DNA of 63,277 nucleotides, counting the filler, from Folioceros fuciformis (taxonomy: Eukaryota), in the NCBI GenBank assembly GCA_049999805.1. It is 7 parts of 7 records of this genome, joined end to end, with 100 filler letters (N's around TTAATTAATTAA, not from the genome) between each part and the next. Parts side by side here need not be neighbours in the genome. Positions count along the whole stretch, not along the records: positions 47,282 to 63,277 come from JBNGIO010003536.1; 6 more parts are not named here. One strand, 5' to 3'. This document shows, in pieces, positions 49,644 to 63,165 of this stretch. Both the position numbers and the translations under genes were made by a program. Each line of letters begins with the position of its first letter. Position 1 is the stretch's first letter. The notes under the pieces were generated by a model, which was not told the origin of the DNA, made no database searches, and saw only the letters and a list, made by a program, of their open reading frames with translations.

Positions 49644-51072
49644 GGCATCTACAAAATTACCCCACTTCACACATGCACATAAGCAAACATACAGGAAACC
49701 CACTTTCGAGATTTCCGACAAGCTCGGTGTTGTTCCTGCCATGACACCTCCACATTCCGTCTCGCGTCCTCGTATTCTGCTCACTAGATGAGAAACGAAA
49801 CAGGAACAACCTGAGGAGTCTATACTCCTTCAGTGAATGTAACAGGAAAACAGTATGAATAGACAAACATTGGAGTCCCATGAGAACCAAACATCACTCA
49901 ACGAAAAAGAGTCTCAACAGTGAAGAGCTCCAATTGGCAAGTACACTGCAGATGCCTCCATTGTAAGATGTACAGGTCCTAGTTGTATGGGTCCTACCTC
50001 AGCTAAGTCACGTCGCAGTCTCCGTCACGGTGGCATCACAAATGCAACTGATCACCACCGAAACCCGACCAAACTGCTCATGCCTCTCAAATTATCTCAC
50101 AGTACAAACTCATCCCCCATCTGGAGGGAGGGTGCGATTTGTCAAAGATGATTCGCCAACATGCAGGCTCTAATTTTACGATAGTGCCTTCCATTGAGAC
50201 CAAAAGCAAGTGCGCTCGCATACAGCAGTGATAAGTCACCCGATGCAGATGCAAATGTATAACAACACTTGTGAATGACGCTGAATTCCGTCAACTCTTC
50301 TGCAAAGCAACCTTAACTTGCAACTTCACAAGGAACCAACTGTCCAATCTCCTCTACCGGCAAGGAGGACATCAATGTCGCGAATTCGCAACAGATTCCA
50401 TGGTGAAGCACTCCCTGAATCAGCTTTTGCTTGCAGAATTGAGACAACAAAATCACCTCCTCCCAGTCATCACAGAATCTAAGATTCTTCGCATATGGCG
50501 CATCCACCCACACCACGCACCTGAATCAAGCCTGGTTCTCCGACGCGGAGTCTGACGACTCCGTTGGCCACACAGTCCTTCCACAGGCAGTAAGCCTTCA
50601 AGAACCCGCGTGATCCGGCTGGCGTTAACGTTTAACCCTCGACCAAGAAGGAGGAAGCCACGTGGAGGTCTCGCCGAGATCAGAGAGATCCCGGGAGAAG
50701 TAGCCGTGCCTGGTATCATCCAACTGGGCCTCTGATGTTGTGTGCCCGGGCGCCGGACAATTCAGGAATACTTCCCTTTAGGTGACGTGCGCACTGAATT
50801 TGCTTCTGACGGTGCGAGGTGGATCTGAGTCAGAGCAGAGTAGGAAGTTGGTGGCAGGCTTTATCGCTTCCTCGTCCTCGTCGTGAACGTTTTAGACCGT
50901 GGTTGTGGTTGCGTGTTTCAGCTTTGGCTACCTGCATTCTGTGCACATTGCAGCTGAGGGGTGCCGTAGAAAGCTTACATCTTGAGGTTGTAAGTGGCGA
51001 GATCGTTCACAGTTGCAATGGTGAAGGGTTGATTAGGTTGTCTGTCGTATTGACAAGCATTTGTGATACGAA

Positions 51073-52518
51073 ATGGCAGACGTGTGTCGTTATCAAAATG
51101 ACGATGAATGTTGTGGCCCAGCTGAAGTTGGTTTTTGTCACTTGCCAGATGATATTATCACCGGAATACTAGTACGGCTGCCTTTTGCTAACCTTGTACA
51201 GGCCGGGACTGTATGCAAAAGATGGCGTGCTCTAGTTCGCTCGACGAAAGTGGAGAACTCGACTCCTTGGTGTCTCCTTTGTTGCCCTGTTCATGTAGAC
51301 AGGTGGCTAGTAGAAAGGGAATGGCATAGTTGGATGTTTGATCCATCGCAGAGCAACTGGCACAGAATTCCCAATCCCTTGCACAATGTCAACCCCTGGA
51401 CGGAGGTCACGTTGTTTCGATCTACTGGGGGGTACTCGGGCCTTGTGGGTTTTTTGCAAGTCAATCCTCTCGGAAGAAACAGGTGCCAGGTTTACTGGGT
51501 TGGAAACCCCATCACCAATAAGTGGTCCAAGATTCTTGCTCCAGAGACTCATAAGGGTGTGGATACTTCGCTTGTTGTCGACAAGTGTACGAAAGCTTTC
51601 AAGCTTGTGAGCATCAACAGGAGAGAAGGCTCGCTGTTCACTTGGGGGGTGGAAGTCTATTGCTCGGCGACTCGCAGATGGCAGGCTGGCGCTACATACA
51701 TGAGGAAAGGAAGCTTAATCCTTCCTCTTGCAAGTGCGGTGTCTGATAATGCTGTATACTTACTGGCTATGAGGCATGTGTCAGGGATTGAAATCATATC
51801 CTACGATGTGACACAGGACTGCTTTGGTGTGGGTATCCCCATTGCAGAGTTCGTACATTCTGGAGTTCACATGTATGCAGGGACTTTTCAGCTGCTTCTG
51901 GATGATGATGTTAATGACACTTTTCCAGAGAGGATACAGCTTGTAGCAGGATCACTGGAGCCGTATGTTCTCGATACAGTGTTACCACATTTGGACGTGA
52001 AGGGAGATGCAGTACACGAAGGAGGGAATGTGCTTGGCCAAATGCTGTTTCAAGATACCGAGGATGCACATCAGCACAACAAAAACAATTGGCCTGGATT
52101 TGACGAGTCCTCGGCAGCAGATCGAGAAGTTGGACCTGAGAAGGAGGAAACAGTCGGTGGTGACGGGCAGCAGAACCATTATTGTGCGCAGGCCAGGTAT
52201 CGAGTGAGTAAGATATGTGTAGCTAAGTTTGCAAGTGGCAAAAGGAGTTGGACAGTGAAAAGCCACGATGAGATGGTCCCTGCAGATGCAAGGTCTTGGT
52301 TTCGTGATGGGACCAACAATTTGTTCAAGTGCTCGGGAGTCGCGGACCATTTCTACATTGCGAGCTTCGATTGCCCTAATGTTATTCTGATGTATGAAAA
52401 GCAGAAGAGAGGATGGTGCCGCCTGCCGAACTGGAGTGAAGCTGCAATTCTGGATGCTTCTGTGTGGTCCACATCTGGCGTGGGGAGCTTCGTACCCAGA
52501 CTAGATGTCGACCCATGA
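51073..52518 (+). CDS. F-box protein with kelch/beta-propeller-like C-terminus, single coding exon
   Basis: LPDDIITGILVRLP..VCKRWRAL; VGNPITNKW; VEVYCSATRRW; terminal FVPRLD..P. Confidence 0.88.
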   Translation: MADVCRYQNDDECCGPAEVGFCHLPDDIITGILVRLPFANLVQAGTVCKRWRALVRSTKVENSTPWCLLCCPVHVDRWLVEREWHSWMFDPSQSNWHRIPNPLHNVNPWTEVTLFRSTGGYSGLVGFLQVNPLGRNRCQVYWVGNPITNKWSKILAPETHKGVDTSLVVDKCTKAFKLVSINRREGSLFTWGVEVYCSATRRWQAGATYMRKGSLILPLASAVSDNAVYLLAMRHVSGIEIISYDVTQDCFGVGIPIAEFVHSGVHMYAGTFQLLLDDDVNDTFPERIQLVAGSLEPYVLDTVLPHLDVKGDAVHEGGNVLGQMLFQDTEDAHQHNKNNWPGFDESSAADREVGPEKEETVGGDGQQNHYCAQARYRVSKICVAKFASGKRSWTVKSHDEMVPADARSWFRDGTNNLFKCSGVADHFYIASFDCPNVILMYEKQKRGWCRLPNWSEAAILDASVWSTSGVGSFVPRLDVDP

Positions 52519-53303
52519 CCATTCCATCACAGACAACATAGCGAAGGTTGCAGCTAGCACCGTAATCAGATCATCATTCGGGCAGGGTGTATTTGCCTAG
52601 AAGCCTGTCAAGGTGCAGGAGCCATCTGCAGCTGGTGGTTTGATGTAGGTAATCCCTGAATGTCTGATGGACTGAAAACAATCTTCCTTAACAAGGGATG
52701 AAGTCGGCAAGCCACGTCCTGAACTGGTCGTGAGAACTCTAACGATTCTGGAACGGGAGTGAAGGACGAACCGGATATTCACAGTTTTGATACAACCTGG
52801 ACAACTTATCCATCACCTGTTGGTCCACCGATATTCAAGACGACGATCATGTGCGTAGTAGGGCAACGAGCATAGGAAAGTGTAACACACGCATCCCTGC
52901 CACGTTTGAGGCAAAATCATAGTGTTTACAAAGACGCATCCTCCATCTTATTGGCTTCAGCTAAAAGTACAGGGTCCATGACAAAAAGCCAGCAGCGTTT
53001 GTGTTGATGTCGTTGTAAAAATGCCAGCGCCAAGGTATGAATGCTAATTCAAGCCCCCACCTCGAAAACATCATCTCTACACAATAGCCTTGGCCAAAGG
53101 GCCTGCTCTCACGGTGCACTAAAATAATCTAACCCCCAAACCACGGTTGCGCTCCCTGCAGTCAGACACAATAGTACTCCAATCCACCTCACCGGTGAGA
53201 CGAGTTGCGCAGTAGCATTTGCAGATGTTGCAAATCTCAACCACATAAGATATGCCCTAATACCTGTCAATAGCCTACAGTCGAATTCCCCTACTCCGTA
53301 TCC

Positions 53304-53879
53304 CTACTTCGTCTTGACATCTGGTAATGGAAACAATCCTTGTCCCGCAGCCCCTCGCGGAGGAGTGAACCCTAGAAACTTCTGCAGATTGGAGCGGATG
53401 CTCACAGAGCAGAGGAAGTAGAAAAACACCATGGCACAGTCGGTGGGATCGTCACCAGGCAGGCCCCGATGCGACATCTTCTGCACCAGGGCTATGGGAG
53501 TGAAGGGGAGCTTGGCCACCACCTTGCCCTCGAAGAGCGAGGACAGGAGGCCAAATACGACGATGAGCACCACGGCAACCACACCCCCAGACTTCAACTT
53601 GGAGTAAGCCAGATCTCGGCTAGACCCTTTGAGCGAGGTCTCAAAGCGATCCAACTTCTTCGCCTTAGACTTGGCCTTGATGCCAACCCCTGCGGGAGTG
53701 GTGCCGTTCTTCAAAATCTCCAGCTTCTTGCTGGTGCGGTCGATACTGGAGCGCAGACTCTTGTATGTCGAGGTGCGGTAAATTAGCAGCCATAGGATGC
53801 CCTCGCACAGCCAGGCGGAAACGAATGACACGGCTAGCAGCACAAGGCTATCCCTGTACTTGAAATCCGAGAAGGCCAT
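53304..53879 (-). CDS. TMCO1: TMCO1 / DUF106 ER membrane protein, intronless
   Basis: CEGILWLLIYRT..YK.L; FEGKVVAKLPF; MSHRGLPGDDPTDC..FFYFLCS.SIR.NLQKFLGF.PPR. Confidence 0.93.
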   Translation of the reverse strand: MAFSDFKYRDSLVLLAVSFVSAWLCEGILWLLIYRTSTYKSLRSSIDRTSKKLEILKNGTTPAGVGIKAKSKAKKLDRFETSLKGSSRDLAYSKLKSGGVVAVVLIVVFGLLSSLFEGKVVAKLPFTPIALVQKMSHRGLPGDDPTDCAMVFFYFLCSVSIRSNLQKFLGFTPPRGAAGQGLFPLPDVKTK

Positions 53880-54218
53880 GGCCACCCAAATCCCACAAAC
53901 ACAGATCCGGAACCCCCGTCCCTCACGCCACCAGATGCCTTCCAACTTCTTCGACTCCCGACCGGTGCAGTTTTACCCCAAAGTGAGGACACGAACAGAT
54001 AAAAGTAGTTGTACACAGGAGCAGTAATTCCTGCACGGTAAAAGTTGCTGATTATAAATGCTCGGCAAAACTCGTAAGCCTAGCCCTGCCACTTGATATC
54101 GTTATTCGGCATGGTTAAAAACGAAAGACCACGGTCTTGGTAAGGTAATCCGGAGGATGCGAAAGATGGAAGTAAATTAAATTTTGACAGTGAGCGATGG
54201 TCCGCACTCGTCTGCAGA

Positions 54219-55939
54219 ATGCGTATTGTGAGCTGGAACGTGAACGGCCTGTATGCCACGCTGAAGGATGCAGCTCACCGTCATGCCTCCGCATCCACCT
54301 TTTTCTCCGACGTGCTTGCAGGCGACGTGGTTTGCTTTCAGGTGACCCGATGTTCTGTTCTTCTCTTCTTGTGTGCTCTCCTTCCCAGCGCAGTTCGAAT
54401 GAGGGTAATGGTTTCAAGCATGTGTGGTGGCACAGGAGGCCAAAATTCAGGAGGACAAGCTGGAGAAGTGGATGGCCTGTGTGGACGGATACGACTCTTT
54501 CTGGGCCTTCAGTCAGGAGAAGAAAGGCTACAGCGGTGACTGCTTCGTCATGGATACATGCGCATTGGTTTTCTGGCCTTCTTTGGTGCGCTATCTGAAT
54601 TGGCCACTGGACTGTGGCAGGTGTGGTGACCTACGTGAAGCAGCAGCTGTCGCCGGTGGAGGCCAAGGCGGACTGCTTGGATTACAGCAAAGCCTACTAC
54701 TCGGAGGATCTTCAACTGGAGGGCCGGCTCATGCTCACGGACCATGGCTCCTTCCTGCTGCTCAACGTCTATGTGCCGAACGCTGGCGACAGGCGTGAGG
54801 ACGCATCTCGGCTGGACTTCAAGCTGAGATACCTCAAGGCGTTGCGAGAAACTTGTACGCTTGTTGCAGTGGCTGTCTGTACTTTCCCCTTCTCTGACCT
54901 CGGGCTTTAGCTTGACGGGGCCGTGCTGTTCAGGTGACGAACTTGTAGCTTCTGGGAGGCATGTGGTCGTTGTTGGAGATCTCAACCTTGCTCACAGCAA
55001 TGTGGACATGCATCCCAAATGGAAGGTTGAGGAGATTTATTCTCGAGGTAAATGAATTAGGGTAGCGCAGCGAGGAGTCTTTGGCATGAGCGTGACAAAG
55101 TGCTTACTCTTGAGGACTTGCTTTGGCAGAAGAGAGGGCTTGGATCGATTCTTTTCTCACCGATTATGTGGATTTGTTCCGGCACTTCCATCCCGATGAC
55201 AAGGATGTGTTTTCGGTGTGGGATCAGAAGACCAATGCGAGAATCCACAACGAAGGAGCCAGGTATCAATACTATCTGCTGGCCTCCGTTGGTGCACTCT
55301 CCAACGTCTAGAACTCTCCTCTCGACAGATCTGGTTCCCGCTCTTTCGTATGTGGCCAGGATCGACTACGCAATTTGTGACAAGGGTTTCCTCCATGAGG
55401 TTTTGCAAGCCAATGTGGTAAAGATGGTGCCGAAGAAGTGGAGCGACCATGCAGCAGTGACTGTGACGCTGCGGGAGCAGCCATCTCTGCCCCCTCATCC
55501 TCCTCCTCTGATCAGCTCCAGGAACATGAGACGGTTTCAGGAGGACCAGAAACAGAAGAAACTGACCAGTCTTTTTTCGAAAAGTCCGGGCTTAGGGTTA
55601 GCAGCTCCCCCTGCACCCATTCCCGTTGAAGTGGATCGCTCTCCCAGGCGTGAACCGGACGTGGTGTCGAAAGGTTCGAAAGCGGTTGAAAAACCTCCAG
55701 ATTCAGCTGATTACCAGCTGGAGGTGGGATGGGCAGAGAATGAGGAGCAAGGTTTGCGCTCCCGTCATTCTTCAGACGGCGCGAAGCGCAGATCAGCTCC
55801 CTTGAAAAAGATGGCTTCTTCCAAACGCAAGGAAGCAGGAAATTTGCCAGACGGCAGCAGGCAACAAAGTTTGCTAACGTTTTTCTCCACCTCGGCTGCA
55901 AAGGACGGTGATGGGGGCCTGGAGAAGCTCAAGAGTTGA
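54219..55939 (+). CDS. ExoIII/Xth-family AP endonuclease (APE2-like), multi-exon
   Basis: MRIVSWNVNGL, CFQ|EAK, KGYSG|V, EGR..TDHG.F.LLNVYVPN, GDLN, DLFR.FHP, FSVW, RIDY, SDH. Confidence 0.9.
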
Positions 55940-56177
55940 TCCGGTTTTTGTACAGATCAAAGCAATTTCGCACTCTCGAACGCGTTCTCTCTCCGAAAAT
56001 GAAGGACTGATGTCTTATTCGCTAGGTGAGTGCATATTTCCGTGTTGGACAACCACGCGCGGTTACGAATTGAGTTGGCTTGGGATTGGTAGCGCACAGG
56101 TATCAACTTTCTTGCGCACCTTGCAACCAGCGGACGAAAATCCTTGGCCTAATTGAACGACATCCATCTCGCATTCC

Positions 56178-56955
56178 ATGGACGAGTTGTCTCGGGATCT
56201 GTGGCTGAAAATTTTTTTCCTCCTAGACCATCGGCATCTCGCATCCGTGGCATCAGGTCAGGCTGAAACGTCTAGCATACCACGTGTCGTATTCCATGCT
56301 GGCCTATGTGTCCATCACGGGGATTTCTGAAGTAGAAGAAGGCTTGACAATCCTCTACAAACGCGTTGCAGTTTGCAGAGACTGGAGAATGATCAGTGCA
56401 ACTGCAGAGATTTGGGAACACTTATTTCTGAGACGTTGGGGAAACAAGAAGGCGCGATCCAGGAACAGTGCGGATTTGGCGCACAACACATGGCGAACTA
56501 AGTATGAGATACAGGATCGGTGTGACCGGGTTGGAAAGTATGGCTTCACACTGTTCCGAATGCCTGGTACTCCTGCATGCTGTCTTCCAGCATCATATGG
56601 CATTCCTTGTTCTAATTCCAGTTTATCTAACAGGAAGACGACATTTGTCCGAGAAGGTGCACATTTCTACCTAGTGAACAGGGGAGTAATTGTGCGCTTG
56701 ATTGGATCCAGCACAGAACATCAGTCACCATCCAAGCGTCCTCGGACTGCTCATCAGCCAGCTGTGAGTCCTGAACCACAGGACATCGAACGTGGTGCTG
56801 TGATACATTTGGGAACCACAGATGTACATCCACACGCTATTGAGGACGAGGGAAGACGGTCTAATGAACCATCGCGAAGCGTGTTCGACAAGTTGATTGT
56901 TTTCATCACAGATCTGGAGAGGTCATGTCGTCAAGCTAAAAAGGATCGAATCTAG
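56178..56955 (+). CDS. Small F-box protein, intron-containing
   Basis: MDELSRDLWLKIFFLLDHRHLASVAS|VCRDWRMI...IWEHLFLRRWG..WRTKYE.QDRCDRVG. Confidence 0.8.
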
Positions 56956-58978
56956 GATTTGTTTGTTACCTGAGTTCAGGAATTTTCAGCTCATACAAAT
57001 GGTAAACGCCCAAAATTAGCACGAGGCCAGAGCAAGTCTTAGGTGCCACTTGGTGTAAGAAATTGTCGATCCCACAAATGGAATCACGGAGTGTGCACGG
57101 TATGTACATTGTTGTCCATCCGAAGACACGTTTAAAGGTGTCAGAGAAGTGGGCCAGGTACGGACTGTACACATCGATGCTGTGGTTGGTGAAACCGCAT
57201 CGGTTGAAGAAGCAACTACTTGACCGTCAGGGTGGATGCACAGTTCACCCTATCAGATACCATCACACAATCCGTTTTCCGAGTTCGGTACTCCGCCTGC
57301 ACATCCGGGAAAGGTCAATTAGCGCAGGTAGGGAAGGCAATCTGCAAACAGCATACTTCAGAGCGGACTTGGAATCAGTTGAGACATTCTAATCCATCCA
57401 CGCGTTGACATGATTCTCAGCTTTGACACATCTATCAGCCAGGCACGTCGTATCCTATGACAGAAAAGAGACGAATCGATTCCTCCTCAAGTTTGACGAA
57501 TTGGACATCAAACATACAAGTCTGAAGAGAACATTACCGCCACACATACCTGGATAAGTCAATAACTAGTATAACATGGGCCCCGAGCGCATCAGGAATA
57601 ACCCCCACTTGATAAATCCATATGAACAAACTAGCCGCTACAGATTCTAATCGAATTGCGACAACGTGGACAATTTGTCTGCAGCTTTCCTTCTGGGCTG
57701 GCTTCCGGCCAAGCACATGCAACACTTCTGAGCGCACAACGACAACAGCAGCGTGCCCACACTGCAGACTCTATTTCCTCTGTAGTCACGCAGCTCAGAG
57801 TCTGGATGCGTGCTCCTGGATAACGGTAGCTGAGTGGAGTCGCTCCAGGGCACGAGTAAGCATCTCCATGGAAGCGGCCGCAACCCTCATCAGCTCCAGA
57901 AGCAGCACCCAGTTGGCCATCCTTCCTTCAAGCCTTTCACCTAGATATCATCTCTTCGACAAGAAAAAGGGGGACTGAGAAATGTCCATACACGGTCTCT
58001 CGTTCACCCACAGACTTCCGCAGGAACGTTTTGGAGAAGCCACCTAACTCTCTAGCCGCATTACCCTGTCTGCAAACCTTCGTCACAAAGCGGACAACGA
58101 GACGGCAAGGGCCTAACACAGTTCCTGCTGCGGCGGCAGAGCAGGAGGTCAAGAAACAAGATTTGTCCAAGACGCAGGCCAGGGGGAGCCCTCCTCTCCG
58201 TCAACTCGGGATTCCTCCTGGAACATATGCCAACAAGTAGAACCGTGGAGAGAGGCACACAATATAAGGAAAATTGAAGGAGCCTACTTCTTCAAGCATT
58301 GGACAATCCCGCAAACCACAGAGAATACGATACTCCGGACTGAGAGGCCTAGAGAGAGACGCGCAACAGGAGATACTTTCAAGACGTGAAAAATCCTGGC
58401 CCCCTAGTGACTGGTCTAAATCGCTCCAACAGCGAAAGAGCACCACTAGTTGCCATGTCTGGTAGTCGGGACGACGGCTCGAACTGCAGTTGCCGCTGCT
58501 GTTATCCGTTTGGCAAGGAGTCACGTCACTGACGACTCATCAGAAAGGTATGCAGATGAGGACGGCGCGCGGCGCCGTGGCGCGGCGCACAAACCTATCC
58601 ACCATCTGCGGAGAGCAAAGCTAATCAGATTGGCTCCGGGGCCACCACGACTGAGCCAGGGAGAGAGTTGGAACACGGAACTCTGCCGTCCTGGCAAGCA
58701 CTCCAGCGGATCCAATCCACGACACACTGGCCAGAGAGAGAGAACCGTGCCAAGAGCCAGGCATGTACAACCATTTTCTCACACAGCTGTAGCGAAATTT
58801 AACATCGAAAGCTCATCATGTACAGTGCCGCAGAGTGAAGTAAAAGCGTAACTAGTCTCAAATCGCTGCCCTAGCCACCTCGCACACGCAATTGCTGGAC
58901 AGCCAGGCCTAGGTTCTCTGTTGCATGCTACAAGCGCAACTTCAGACCTTCAGTGGTAATGCCCTAGCTTGCTTGGTT

Positions 58979-61765
58979 TCAGCAAATGGGATGGGCATTC
59001 CCATTCTGTTCTGCTCTCGCAATGTCCAGTTCGTCAGCACATCGTCGCTTGATTGTATCCACCTCGTGTCTCAGAAGATGGCAAGCACTCTTCAAGGATT
59101 GAGTTGCCCCAGCATCCTCACCCGCCTTATCCCCCTGCAACGCCGTCCATTGTTCCATGATTGCAATCATGTGCGAGGCCTGATTACGCGAAGTCAAGAC
59201 CAGCAAACTTGCACAAAGACGCAGATGCCGTACATATCCAGCAGGGAAGGAAAGTTCTGACGACTAAGTACTGGACACACAGTTTCAGGTTAGCCAGGGA
59301 CCAGATGACACGCGAAGACAGGTAGGATACTGTGGCAAGTTTGGCTTGTAAACCCCTGCTCGTGATGGTAGCAGCATCATATCCGGCAAGCGCTCGTTGC
59401 TCTTCCCTCATGTCTTCTCCACGGTGTGAATCCAGGTCTTCCACCAATGCACAACTTCCATCTGCAAAGACTTGGAGAACTTCTTCTTGCCTCGCATTAG
59501 CCTTTTGAAGGGGAGTTGCCCCCAGACATTTGCAGATTCTGTTTAAGATACTCCACAGAGCATTTCTAGCTCCAGGGTCCTCTCCAGCAGATGGAAGAAG
59601 GAAGAATAGATGTTTCGAGAGAACAGCATCTGGTATTTGGCAACTTCTCAGAATTGTTTGTTTGCTGCATCAAAACGGTTGCCAAAGGCAGAAACTCTTT
59701 GCATTCCACGCATGCTTGCATACAACTGACGAGGCTGACCAGAAAAGAAACTTCTTACCGCCAGACACTTCGTTTATCAGGCCTGCTTCTTCTGAAAGGA
59801 GATTTGCGACAAGAACTGCTGCTGTGATCCCTGACGGCCCAATCTGCAAGTTGGTTGATATTCTCGGAATCAGGATAGATGCAGAGTTAGGTGTATAATG
59901 CTGGAAATGGATCCCCGGCGAGCTAAGTCGCACCTCATCCCTCGAGGATAGCCGGATAACTTCACAAGCTAGGGAGAAAAGCTTTGGATTGGCTGCAAGC
60001 TGCGTTGCATAATCATCGGAGATGGACAGTGCTTCTGCTATCTGTAGTACAATATCCAAGACCACATCCCTAGATCATCCAAAGAGAAAAAATGGAAAAC
60101 AGCGTTAAACTAAGAAGCAATGCAGCTGATGAATGTTTGACAATGAATTACGACGACTTCGACATGATCAAATATCACTGCAAATTACATACCCACGTGA
60201 CGGAGTGCTACACGTGATTGCGCTGAGTTCACATGAGAGCAGATCAGTAAGAAGCTCTGGCAGGCGCAACTTTAAGAGGATAGGAAGAAGAACAGTGGAG
60301 GCATCCGTTTGACTATCCACCATTGCCAACAACAGCTCGCTACTCTGCTGCACAAAAGAACGGAATCTTACACACAGAACAAGGTACTAAAATCAATGCA
60401 GATGATTGCCAAGGCCCTGAAATTCACGCCAGTCACACAGACGACAAACCTTCTCAAGCAACTGAGGATTCAATGTGTTCCCTGATATCCACATGATTCG
60501 TTCCACGGTATCCTCAGATTTCAGGGCCTCTACCCATGCAGGCGCAACTTCACTATGAAGACCAGCACTAAGCAATCTGCACATTCATGACCTGGACAGG
60601 TTATACTTCCGTCGCTACACAAGCAGTGGTTCCTCTCGCGAACTTGAATGTGTCTGGCTACTCCCTAACAACTAACCTGCAGGTTTCAGTTAAGCTTGGA
60701 GAATCATCCACGTACAACTGCAGGACAACAGTCTCCAGCAATCCTCGAGTGGAAACCATGGCTCTCACAGGCCCCGAATGGCAGGCTAGATTCCCAAGAA
60801 TGCCCAAGCAAATTTCCTAAACCAGAGGGGGGAATTTGGTTACGTCCCCTGAGAAGACTAGGCTGTGCAACCGCCAGACAGTGGACAGGCCGAAACTTGA
60901 GCACTGACAACAAGTATACGTTACCGCTTACCCTCATCCTGTCAGCCTGCGGAATCTGCAGTATGCCTAGCAATACATCGAGAACATGGTTCTCAACCTG
61001 TGAAAGGCAAGGACCAGATTGCAGACCCCATCAGTCCCCTAGAAGAGTGGCACGCACCGCCACCGATGCTTCTTGCACTGACATCCAATGGGGAACGTGC
61101 CCGCAACAAACGCTCCCATTTTTCTTGTCGCTTACCAGGAAATCAGCATGACATTGGCTAGCAGCAAGATCCCATAAAACACAACCTGCTTCTTCTCTTG
61201 GATCCTCTTTTACTTCTACCGTTTCCTCAACCTTACTCAGTCCACCAAGACCAACATCAACACCCGCTGATCCTCCATCACCCGTACTGTCAGCAAAAGA
61301 GGCAGGAGCGGCCTCGCTCCCACATTCCGCCTGCAGGACCGGCACAGCTTCGCCAATTCCGTGCGGCTTCCCTCCTAAACGCGGCGGCTGCTCCTCCCTG
61401 CACTCCCTACTCAAAACTGCGCCATCAACCTCCCCCGCCGCCGCCTCCTCCTCCTTCAAAGTCACTCCCGGCCCCTTCCCCTGCTCAAGAACACGCGCCT
61501 GGCCGGCCTCCCGATGAATGTCCGGCAGCAGTAGCCTCAACAGATGGATGATGTAACTCGGGTCAAGCGTGGATGCCTGCACGCACACGCCCGCACACAG
61601 CGCATCGAATTCCGCTCCACCGAGCCCATACCAACTATACCTCACACAATCAGCTTGCCCGGGGCCCCCACTCACCTCCGTTTCACCTTCAGGACAGGCG
61701 GCAGCAGACGATTCCGGATTGCACCAGTCTGAGGTATGGCTCATAACAGGGTCACTCGACACCAT
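58979..61765 (-). CDS. SAAL1: SAAL1-like ARM-repeat protein, multi-exon
   Basis: STLDPSYIIHLLRLLLP; EEAGCVLWDLAAS..HA.FL; RMR|EICLGILGNLACH; WISGNTLNPQLLEK. Confidence 0.8.
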
Positions 61766-63165
61766 GGCTGCGCAAGTCGCGCACCCATCTACAGACCTGC
61801 TGCAAATTCCACACCGTACCTCAGAAGCTCAGTGCCTCGGTCACAATCTCCCAGACATCTAGAACCCATCTCCGACTTCCCATATGTTTCATCTTCCTTC
61901 GTTCCACCTACTGCTCCTCGCCTACCCTATTTTCAAATCCGCGTGGTGAACGCGGCGCCATCCCAGCCGTCGCACCACTCCCATCGCTCGGTCGCCCGCT
62001 AACCGGGCTCTGTATCGTATCCCCCTGGAAAATATCTAACCGTATACCTACTTCCAGCCTCGAGGCGACAAATCGTATCCGACATAAATATATATCCACC
62101 CAATCACGTGCTCAACGGGCGGTACCCTCTGCGTGTGTATATGTATCATGTATACATGTATGCACATACACATAGGTCCCAGTTTGCACATGCCATGACT
62201 TGAGGTGCTATGTAGTGGCAAGGGGAAGAAAAGGTTGTCTTGAGCAGGATATGGCTACTCCGAGTCGTAGCATCTCTTGCTCCGACTCCACACCTAGAAA
62301 GCCAGCTGCAGACAACATGGTTAAGCTTAAATGAGAGGAGAAAGGAGAGAAGGAGGAGATGGCTATGCTGTGGTAAAGAGGTGTGACAAGGTTTGGAACT
62401 GGTCCCACTTGTAAGTCTGACACACGGAATGACGTAGAATCCGATGAAGTAGATGAGCGTACAACCCAGACGGGCAAAGATTTGTTTGCTGAGACCCATT
62501 TGGAGCCTGCTGAAGTGATGTTCACAAAGAGTTGCCTTGACTTCTCGAACGATCAAACTGTCATCCTGGAAGGGAAGGGCGATTTAGCAAATGTCGAACT
62601 CACCCCAAGGTACGTCCAGCTTAGGCTCATCAATCGAGATTGATTGATATCTGGCAGGATGTCTAACTGCCTGAGCCCGAGTTACTTTTAGGCAGGGGGT
62701 TACCCTTGTTGTACGGGGAAAGCAAGCTGCTAGGACTATTTGCCCGCCTGTTGCTTGTTGCTGTCCTGATAACGAAAGGTTCGCGGATACGGCGTCACAA
62801 GTGCTTACTGCAAGTTTCTGTAAGGTGGGCTTGGGGCAACGACTTTGCTGTCCGTGCACGAGGAGCTGCTGTAGCATGGTGCACCTAGCGATGCACCCAT
62901 CAGTCTAGACATGGTGTTTCAAGTCTGTCCTGCTGTTGTGTACAGGCGGATAGAAATAGACGGTTGCAGGAGCAGACACGGACATGGACAGAGCTTCTGC
63001 GAATAATTGCGACAAAGTGGACAAATGCACAACTTCTGTTACAAGCGTTTCTACATTTGGTTTACAACTTCAAAATCAACAAAAGGGTTTCCACATTCCA
63101 TACAGCAACATCTAGCATTGACGAACGTGTATCTACGACATCCTGTGTTCCAAGTTCCAGTTCCC

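Noticed and set aside
57534-58730. Helical-looking minus-strand fragments (LLELMRVAAASMEMLTRALERL)
   Set aside because: Interrupted by stops and I could not assign a family; at most a pseudogene.
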